A DNA stretch of 28,491 bases from Elusimicrobiota bacterium (GTDB taxonomy: Bacteria; Elusimicrobiota; Elusimicrobia; UBA1565), in the NCBI GenBank assembly GCA_043827405.1, contig JBDRPD010000085.1:1-28491 (forward strand), given 5' to 3'. The notes beneath the pieces are model-generated. The model was given only the letters and a program-made list of their open reading frames with translations. It had not been told where the DNA came from and ran no database searches. The position numbers were made by a program, and so were the translations under genes. Of the stretch, positions 7,478 to 14,779 are shown piece after piece (within the stretch, counting starts at the first letter, position 1; every line of letters begins with the position of its first letter).

Positions 7478-8479
7478 TCAGCGCCTCCGATAGCTGCGTG
7501 AGCGCTTCTGCGGGAGATTCCAGCCGATGGAGAACTTGTGCGTATTCCCCAGGCGGCCGAGAGGCGCCCAAGCGTAGTCGAAAGTGAAGTTCTGCATTTT
7601 CGCGCCCAGACCAAAGCGCAGGCCGCGCACGCCCTGCAAATCGTTGACGAGGGTGCGCAGCGTGACGCCGAAGCGGAAGAAAAGCTTCATATCGTCGCGG
7701 GCTTCCAGGCCGTATTCCGAGCCGAAGGCCAGATACGGCTGGTTGGCGATGGGGAGGACGCTGTCGAGCGACAGCAGGACCGGAGGCCTTGGGCGGATCG
7801 AGACTCCCAGCTTGAACTGCGTCGGCAGACTGTCGCGGATGCGGTCGAACTTTTGGCCGCGGCCTACATTCTGCACCACGAACCCGAAGTTGTAGGGCGC
7901 ATATGTTTCCGTGTAGTGGGCCTGGATGCCGAAGTCGGCTGAAACGCCCGACGCTTTCTCCACCATGGTCGAATGGAAGTAGCGTCCCGTAACTCCCAAG
8001 GATATGTCGCGCTCCGCGTCGGTCAAGTCCGGTATGTTCTGTCCCAGCCCGACCTCAAAGACGAGATCGCGGGGGCGGAATTCGCCGTTCTGGACGCCGC
8101 TCATATTGGTGTGCGGGATGCTTCCCGCGTCCATATAGCGGAACGCGCCGCCGAGGACGGAGTGATCTCCGATGCGCTGGGCGTAGGAGAGATATTGGTA
8201 GCGGATGCCCGCGACGTATTCGTTGTGCATCGCCGCAAGCGAGGCGCGGGATATCTGGCTGAGGCCGGCGGGGTTCCAGTACATCGCATAAGCGTTGTCG
8301 GTGGCGGCGGTGTAGGCCCCGCCCATGGCGATGGCGCGGGCATCAACATCGACGGTCAAAAATTCCGATCCGGCGGAGCCTATGCTCTGGGTCGAGAAGT
8401 CCGCCCCGCGCGCGGGCAGGATGAGGCATGCGCTCAGCATCAGCGCGAGCGCGGACCTCCCCGCGGTCGGACGCATCAT
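7478..8479 (-). CDS. porV: PorV/PorQ family (UPF0164, FadL-like) outer-membrane beta-barrel
   Basis: Signal peptide, then SEFLTVDVDARAIAMGGAYTAATDNAYAMYWNPAGL, alternating beta-strands, and FDYAWAPLGRLGNTHKFSIGW near the C-terminus. Confidence 0.85.
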   Translation of the reverse strand: MMRPTAGRSALALMLSACLILPARGADFSTQSIGSAGSEFLTVDVDARAIAMGGAYTAATDNAYAMYWNPAGLSQISRASLAAMHNEYVAGIRYQYLSYAQRIGDHSVLGGAFRYMDAGSIPHTNMSGVQNGEFRPRDLVFEVGLGQNIPDLTDAERDISLGVTGRYFHSTMVEKASGVSADFGIQAHYTETYAPYNFGFVVQNVGRGQKFDRIRDSLPTQFKLGVSIRPRPPVLLSLDSVLPIANQPYLAFGSEYGLEARDDMKLFFRFGVTLRTLVNDLQGVRGLRFGLGAKMQNFTFDYAWAPLGRLGNTHKFSIGWNLPQKRSRSYRRR

Positions 8480-11400
8480 CTAACCACCGCCATCTTGATG
8501 ACCTTTTGTAGACCGTTGCCTTCCAGCATTACCAGATAGACGCCGCTGGCGATCGGTCGACCGCTGTTGTTGCGTCCGTTCCAGGTAAGAATGCCTGAAC
8601 TATTGGTGTAGCCTTCAAATATGCGGGCGCCGTGCAGCGTATAGATGCGCACGTGGGTGTTTGCCGGCAGGTGGTCGAAGGTCGCAATCCCGTCGTTGCG
8701 CGTATAGAAGGGATTGGGGAAAATACGGGCGGAGGATAGGTCGGTCGCCGGGGTGATGGAGGCCAGCTGAAACGTCGAAAGGTGATTGAGCCGTGTATAT
8801 ACAAAGCGGGCGAGGCGGTCGACGTCGCTGCGCAGCGGTACGCAGGATCGGCTGATGTCGTCGTAGCGTACCATTGACAGCGTGCCGACCTGGCCCGCGC
8901 TGACTTCCCCCGCCGCATAAGACATGCCGATGACGATCGGCTTGACCGGTTGGTTCGCCGGGACGGCCGTTATCGTGATCGCCGCGTTGATGCTGCCGCA
9001 TTGCAGCACCGTTTCTGTGGAGATGAATAGGGTCGTTGATTGCGTGAAGGCGCCGGCGGGTATGAAAATATCGATGACGCGTCCGTTGATCAGGTTGCCC
9101 CGGATGGAGGCATCCGCGGTCGGTGAGGCGATGAGCGAAAGCGAGCCGATCGGGCCGCCGCCGTTATCGGTGAAGGCGGCGGTCGAGACGAACGCGGTTT
9201 CCTGGCCGAAACGGTTTTGCGCGGAGACGCGGATGTCGTAGGTCAGCCCGGTAAACAGGTTGCCGATGGAATAGCTTGTCTGCCGGTATCGGTCCGCGAA
9301 AGGAACAATCGTCGAAAAATGCGTTGAAAAGCCGTCGGTCGAATAGACCACCTGATAGGTCGTGGTCGATGGATTGCCGCTGGCGTCCCAGGAGATGTCG
9401 ATGGATGATGGGGTGACCCGGTCGACGACCGGCGTCCCGGGCGTCGCCGCCAAGGTCGCGGTGGAGCCGAGCGATACGAAATTGGACAGCACTCTGTCGC
9501 CGTTCTGGGCGGCAAGCGAAAGCGTGTACATCGTATTCGGCGTCTGTTCTATTAGGGTGTACTCGTCGCTGGATATGGCATCGACCGTGCTTGTCGTCGC
9601 TGTTATGTCGTTGTAATAGCGCAGTACGTACTCTGTAGCGTCCGGATTGGTGTTTAACAGCCAGCTGATCTCAAAGCCTCCGGTCGACACGGAATTCGAC
9701 CGGACCGGTGGAGTGCCCGGCAGCGGCGGTGCTGCCAGCGTGTAGACGGAAGTGCCGCCGGTCAACGGTCCCCAGCCCGCTCCTGTGACGGCCTGGATCA
9801 TGATGGCGTTGACCGTGTTGGTGGCCATCCCCACCTGCAGGAACTGCACCGCTGGAGTGGAGGCCAGTACGGCTCCGGTGGTGGCGTTATATATGTGGTA
9901 GGAGGTGGCGTAGGTATTGAGCGTCCAACTCCAGAGTATGCTGGAAGTGCTTTGCGCGATGCCGCTGGAGTAGACGACGTTCGCATTGAGCGTGTTGATC
10001 GGGATCGTGGCTATCATGACGACGCCGTCGCCGCCGATATTGTAGGGCGCGACTTGGACCAGTACCGAGTTGTCCGTGCCGGCGTCCCGCTGCAGCCAGG
10101 AGGTCGCCGCGGCCGGTGCGGTAGCGAGCCAAACCCCGGTCGTCGCGTTGTAGATATTGTAGCCGTCATGGCCGGAGACGACGCTGCCGTCCCAGGTCCA
10201 AGAGATGGAGGATACTCCCACCAAAGTGCCGCTGGGAACGCTGGTGTTTCCAATCGGTGGCGCCGGCGCGATCTTCATTTGGATGCCCTCTGAGAAGAGG
10301 GCGTTGTTGGCGACGCGCAGCGTATAGTTGCCGTACGGCGTGATGCCGGCCTCGTTGGACATCTGCAGCGTGATTGAAGAGTTGGCATTGATCCACTTCT
10401 GGTTAATGTTGGCCAGCCCGAACAGGCTGCTGTTGACGACGTAGGTGGTCATGTCGACCATGAAGCCCGACGGCGAGCCATCGATGCGCTCGAGATAGAC
10501 GCGCGGATGAGTGTGGTGCGAGCGGCCCGTTGATCCTCCGGAGGCGTCGGTCCGGCCGTGGAACCGGTCGCCGGTGACGGAAAGATAGCCCCCCCGCTGC
10601 AGCGTGGCCGTATCCAGGCGGACGGTTAAGGCCCGCCGCAGGCTGTCATTGGTCTCCATCACCGCATATGTTCGACTTTCCGTCAAGGTCAGGTCTGAAG
10701 CTCCGTCGCTGCCGCCAAAAACGTATATTTCGTTACCCACGAGTTCGGCGGTATGGTGCCCCCGAGCGGTGTTTAATATCCCCTGTGTTTGGAATGTGGT
10801 GAAATTGACGTCAAAATTTTCGATAGTTCTGATCGGCGTGCCATTTGCTTTAAAACCTCCCATAAACGTCACCTTACCGTTGGGAAGAAGCGTCGCGGTG
10901 TGGCTGAGGCGCGGAACGATCATGTCATTTCCGGGGCCGGTATCAGTCGGGTCGGTCTGGGTCCAGGTATTGGCAATCGGATTGTATATTTCAGCTTCAC
11001 CAATCTCCCCGAAGCCGTCGTCACCACCCGCTACCAAGACGCGGCCATCGTGCAGGAGTGTGGCGGTGTGCGAATGTCGCGGAGTGTTCATTATGGGGGG
11101 TACCACTGTCGACCACGAATTCGTTGCGGGACTGTAGATTTCGCCTCCGCGCCGTCCCGGGGTCTGTCCACTTGAAGTCGAGTCTCCTAAGATACTGCCG
11201 ACGTTCGCGCCGCCGGTTACAAAGACTGTGCCGTTGTGCAGTAAAGTAGCGGTGTGCTGAGCGCGTTCGGTGTCCATCGGCGCAACCGTGGCCCAGACAC
11301 GCGCTGTCGAATAATATATCTCGGCGGATTTAAGAGCCTGCCCGTCCGCTAGGCCTCCGGCAACGAACACGTTGCCATCCGGGAGCAGCACTGACGTATG

Positions 11401-13851
11401 AAATGTCCGCGATGAGTTCATCGGCGTGGTCATCAGCCAGGTGTCGGTTTCGGGGTAGAATATTTCGACGGTATTTGTGGAATCGGTGGAACTGGCCGAC
11501 GTGTAGCCGCCGGCGGCCAGCACCGTGCCGTTGGGTAGCAGGTTTAATGAGTGAACGCTTCGTGCGACACTAAGTTCTCCGGCATTCGTGAAGGTGTTCG
11601 TTTCGGGGTTATAAATGTTCGAGAAACGAGTGGGAACTTCTGCTTGGACACCACCTGTTATTAGTATGTTGCCGTTCTTCAACCGTATCGATTTGTGTTT
11701 GCTCCGCGCATTGGCTATGTCTGCTCGTACTTCAAGGGTCTCATTAGTCTCGAACTGCGGGATGTGCACTTGTCCTATACCAGAGGAGAGCGCGGCGTAG
11801 ATATTCTGTGAGCAGGTCCCGGGCGCTGGCAAGTCAGGGAATGCCTGACACATCCTGCCTCCTATTTTGAAACGGTCGCTGTTGGGAACCAGTAGCGCGG
11901 TGTGGTTGAATATGGGTTCGTCGAGCGGGGTTGAAAACATCCAGTCATTGCTCTCTGGGATATATTCTGCCTCATCCGAAAACCCCATTGTTCGAATGAT
12001 GATCGGCGACGGAGGGTTAATGCTGGTCGTAAATGTTCGGCCGGTGAGGTTCATCCGGTCCGGCGTATATTGTACGCGTACGCTAAATGCGGTTACGGCA
12101 GTGGGTACTACGTCGAGATCCACGTTCCCCGAGGGCATCGTCTGTTCGGTCGTGTTCGTTAAGCTGCCTTCAATTCCAGTGAAGGTGAGGGTGCACTCAT
12201 AATACCAGCCGTTAATCTCATCATACTGTGCGACAGTGCAAGAATTGCCGTTCGGTACATCAGGGAGCCATGCCGTTCCAGAGTCAAGGGAGATGTCAAA
12301 ACCGGCCTGGTCATCGCTCGACTCGCGTTCGATCTCTGCTTCTATAATGCGGAACCTCCCTGCGTACATGTTCGAATTGGCGAGTTCGTCTGGAATCCCG
12401 ACGGCAAACGTGAGTCTGATTTGGCCGGCGTCGATATCGATCGACTCGCCACCATCAAGTGGCACTGCCAGATTGATGCTGCTGGGGTCTTCTAGTTCGC
12501 CGCCGCCAAGGTCTTCGAGATCTTGATATGTCGATTCAAATCCGCCGACCAGTGGAAGATCGAAAGGAATGTATTCCCGAATGACACCGCTTTCGACGTC
12601 CATGGCGTCGAGTTCCGAGCGGTTGCCGGGGGTGGTGAAGCTGGCTACGCCTATTTCAAAGCTGGCAGAGCCGTAGTTGTATTGCAATTCACCGTCGATG
12701 ACTCGGCCAGAGACGGGGTCATTGAGATTGAGGGTCAATAATATTGATGGACTCGTTTGACAGGCGGGTGGGCCGGCGTGACTGGTGATGAAACTTCCTC
12801 CCATATAAGTGGGACCGGCGGGATCAATGCAGATGAAACTTCCGGGTGCGAACGGCTCACTGATAACAATATATGAAGTCGTCACATTGCCGAAGCCGCC
12901 GGTGATCCAGGCGGATCCGTTCGGTCCCAGGAGGGCGCTGTGCAGATGCTTGCGTCCGGTCATGTTCGGTCCCGGCGTCATGGTGTTTGATACAGAATCG
13001 TAAATCTCCGTTGTATCCAGGAAGCCGCGGCTTCCTTTGACCTCGCGGCCGTTGAAACCTCCGGCAAGTAAAACTTTTGTATTACCCAATACCGTCGCCG
13101 TATGGTAGGCGCGTTTGATGATTAAACTGGGGCCTGGCGTCCAGTTGTTGGCGGTGTAGCTATAAAATTCAGTTGACGCTGCGTATCCCGCGCCGTTAGC
13201 TTCGATGCCGCCGGCCACCATGATTCGGCCATCGTGCAGCAGCGCGGCGGTGTGGATGGCGCGTGCCTTGCCTAAACTGGTGCATGCGGTACCGGACCAG
13301 TTGCCGGCGACGGTGTCGTAGATCGCGCAGGTGTTGGTGACGGCGCCGGCGACAGTTGTCTGGCCGCCCGCGATGAGCACGTTGCCGTTGGGCAGCAAAG
13401 TCGCCGTATGGTTCATGCGCGCTCCGCCCGGCATGGCCCCGCCCCCGTTGACCAAGGTCCAGGTGTTGGTGTTGGGATCGTAGACCTCGCCGCTGTCGAG
13501 CACTGTGGGGCCGGCGCCCATGCCGCCGGTCACCAGGACCTTGCCGTTGGGAAGCAGCGTGGCCGTATGAGACGCGCGCGCGATATTCATCGGTGCCGCT
13601 ACGTAAAAATTGCGCAGCCCATCGGTCGAGAGGTAAATTTCGGTGCCGACCTCGGCCGGGTTGGGGTTGCCGATGCCGTTGGCGCCGGCGGTGTCGAAAG
13701 CGCCGCCGGCGACGAGGATGTTGCCGTTGGGGAGCAGGGTGCTGGTATGGGCCCAGCGGGGATTCGTCTGCGCCGCGGCCGGAAGCGCGAGAGATCCCAA
13801 TAGAACGGGAACGGCACATACGACGCCGAGGAGTAGTCTCATAAGACGCAT
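8476..13851 (-). CDS. giant secreted protein: signal peptide, 14 Kelch repeats, Ig-like domain, 4 FN3, ZU5/GPS-like domain, T9SS type-A-like C-terminal domain
   Basis: Signal peptide LALPAAA|Q. Repeated RxxHTATLLPNGxVLxxGG...ExYxPxxNxW. FN3 motifs SISWTW, ILWSW, FEISW, IDISW. C-terminus ARIFPNPF...VRIYTLHG...WNGRNNSGRPIASGVYLV...KMAVVR. Confidence 0.9.
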   Translation of the reverse strand: MRLMRLLLGVVCAVPVLLGSLALPAAAQTNPRWAHTSTLLPNGNILVAGGAFDTAGANGIGNPNPAEVGTEIYLSTDGLRNFYVAAPMNIARASHTATLLPNGKVLVTGGMGAGPTVLDSGEVYDPNTNTWTLVNGGGAMPGGARMNHTATLLPNGNVLIAGGQTTVAGAVTNTCAIYDTVAGNWSGTACTSLGKARAIHTAALLHDGRIMVAGGIEANGAGYAASTEFYSYTANNWTPGPSLIIKRAYHTATVLGNTKVLLAGGFNGREVKGSRGFLDTTEIYDSVSNTMTPGPNMTGRKHLHSALLGPNGSAWITGGFGNVTTSYIVISEPFAPGSFICIDPAGPTYMGGSFITSHAGPPACQTSPSILLTLNLNDPVSGRVIDGELQYNYGSASFEIGVASFTTPGNRSELDAMDVESGVIREYIPFDLPLVGGFESTYQDLEDLGGGELEDPSSINLAVPLDGGESIDIDAGQIRLTFAVGIPDELANSNMYAGRFRIIEAEIERESSDDQAGFDISLDSGTAWLPDVPNGNSCTVAQYDEINGWYYECTLTFTGIEGSLTNTTEQTMPSGNVDLDVVPTAVTAFSVRVQYTPDRMNLTGRTFTTSINPPSPIIIRTMGFSDEAEYIPESNDWMFSTPLDEPIFNHTALLVPNSDRFKIGGRMCQAFPDLPAPGTCSQNIYAALSSGIGQVHIPQFETNETLEVRADIANARSKHKSIRLKNGNILITGGVQAEVPTRFSNIYNPETNTFTNAGELSVARSVHSLNLLPNGTVLAAGGYTSASSTDSTNTVEIFYPETDTWLMTTPMNSSRTFHTSVLLPDGNVFVAGGLADGQALKSAEIYYSTARVWATVAPMDTERAQHTATLLHNGTVFVTGGANVGSILGDSTSSGQTPGRRGGEIYSPATNSWSTVVPPIMNTPRHSHTATLLHDGRVLVAGGDDGFGEIGEAEIYNPIANTWTQTDPTDTGPGNDMIVPRLSHTATLLPNGKVTFMGGFKANGTPIRTIENFDVNFTTFQTQGILNTARGHHTAELVGNEIYVFGGSDGASDLTLTESRTYAVMETNDSLRRALTVRLDTATLQRGGYLSVTGDRFHGRTDASGGSTGRSHHTHPRVYLERIDGSPSGFMVDMTTYVVNSSLFGLANINQKWINANSSITLQMSNEAGITPYGNYTLRVANNALFSEGIQMKIAPAPPIGNTSVPSGTLVGVSSISWTWDGSVVSGHDGYNIYNATTGVWLATAPAAATSWLQRDAGTDNSVLVQVAPYNIGGDGVVMIATIPINTLNANVVYSSGIAQSTSSILWSWTLNTYATSYHIYNATTGAVLASTPAVQFLQVGMATNTVNAIMIQAVTGAGWGPLTGGTSVYTLAAPPLPGTPPVRSNSVSTGGFEISWLLNTNPDATEYVLRYYNDITATTSTVDAISSDEYTLIEQTPNTMYTLSLAAQNGDRVLSNFVSLGSTATLAATPGTPVVDRVTPSSIDISWDASGNPSTTTYQVVYSTDGFSTHFSTIVPFADRYRQTSYSIGNLFTGLTYDIRVSAQNRFGQETAFVSTAAFTDNGGGPIGSLSLIASPTADASIRGNLINGRVIDIFIPAGAFTQSTTLFISTETVLQCGSINAAITITAVPANQPVKPIVIGMSYAAGEVSAGQVGTLSMVRYDDISRSCVPLRSDVDRLARFVYTRLNHLSTFQLASITPATDLSSARIFPNPFYTRNDGIATFDHLPANTHVRIYTLHGARIFEGYTNSSGILTWNGRNNSGRPIASGVYLVMLEGNGLQKVIKMAVVR

Positions 13852-13903
13852 AGCTCTAGCCGCCGATTATTCGCATGCTCGACGAATGGCGGTGGTTATT
13901 GGG

Positions 13904-13932
13904 AGATTAGCAGGTAGTTGTTACAAAATCAA
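13904..13932 (-). promoter_or_regulatory. promoter for the Kelch-porV-coiled-coil operon (TTGATT-N17-TAATCT, extended -10)
   Basis: TTGATT at 13932-13927 and TGC-TAATCT at 13912-13904. Confidence 0.6.
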
Positions 13933-13982
13933 TACACGCGGACGGGTGGGAAAGGGCTGTTTTTTTTGGGGGGATGCCGGGC

Positions 13983-14744
13983 CTAAAAGACGTCGATCGT
14001 CTGAACCGGGGTGAGCGCTTTAGTGCCCTGCTTGTCGACAGTCTCGTATTGGTAGCGGTACTTGTTGCCGATATTGAGATAGAGGGTGATCTGCCAGATG
14101 CCCTTGCTGTCCTTGAACATCCGCTTGGAGCCTCCCGAGCTCACCAGGAACATGCCGATAAGCGACACCTCCTTGGCTTCCGTATCGCTGTGCTTGAAGG
14201 TAATGGGGCGGGTTGTCCGCTTCGCTTTCTCCGGCTTTTCCGGAGCCTTTTTCGCGGGTTCCGGCGCGGCCTTTTCGCCTTTTGGCGCCGGCTTGCGCTC
14301 GGGAAGATCGGGGGCATGGACGGCGGGGCTTCCGGCCGGTCCTTTGGGCTTGGCCGCCTGCTCGACCGGTTCCTTTTCCTTGGCGGGCTGCTCCGTCGCC
14401 GTCTTCTTTTCGGGTGCCTTGACCGGCGTCTCGGCCGTTTCCTGCTTTTTGCGAGGAGTCTTCTTCGCGGTCTTGCCGGCCTTCACCACCTTGGGGGCGG
14501 CGCCTATGTGCGAATATATCGTGACGCCCGCAAGGCTTAAGCAGACAACGAGTATCAGCGCGTCAGCGGCCAACAGCGCGCTCCAGAAACGCTTGGAGCG
14601 CGGCTCGACGGGCTTGGCCGCCGGCTCTTCCGGCGCGGGGATGGCGGGACCGCCTTTTTCCTCTTCCTGAAGGACGGGCTCTCCTTCGCCGCCGGGGCCT
14701 TTGGCGCCGGATTTGCCGAGGCCGAATAGATCGAACAATGGCAT
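13983..14744 (-). CDS. single-TM protein with K/P/A/E-rich linker and C-terminal CBM48/E-set (glycogen-binding-like) domain
   Basis: TM ALLAADALILVVCLSLAGVTIY, low-complexity linker, and ITFKHSDTEAKEVSLIGMF...MFKDSKGIWQITLYL...YRYQY resembling AMPK-beta/CBM48. Confidence 0.75.
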   Translation of the reverse strand: MPLFDLFGLGKSGAKGPGGEGEPVLQEEEKGGPAIPAPEEPAAKPVEPRSKRFWSALLAADALILVVCLSLAGVTIYSHIGAAPKVVKAGKTAKKTPRKKQETAETPVKAPEKKTATEQPAKEKEPVEQAAKPKGPAGSPAVHAPDLPERKPAPKGEKAAPEPAKKAPEKPEKAKRTTRPITFKHSDTEAKEVSLIGMFLVSSGGSKRMFKDSKGIWQITLYLNIGNKYRYQYETVDKQGTKALTPVQTIDVF

Positions 14745-14750
14745 AAGGCG

Positions 14751-14779
14751 ATTTTAAACTATACCCGTATAAGTGTCAA
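14751..14779 (-). promoter_or_regulatory. consensus sigma70 promoter TTGACA-N17-TAAAAT, leaderless transcript
   Basis: TTGACA at 14779-14774 (overlapping the upstream TGA), TAAAAT at 14756-14751, 6 nt to ATG 14744, no SD. Confidence 0.8.

Noticed and set aside
10650..13770. Galactose/glyoxal oxidase activity for the Kelch protein
   Set aside because: No recognisable Cys-Tyr cofactor or copper-ligand motifs. The repeats are generic HTATLL Kelch units.
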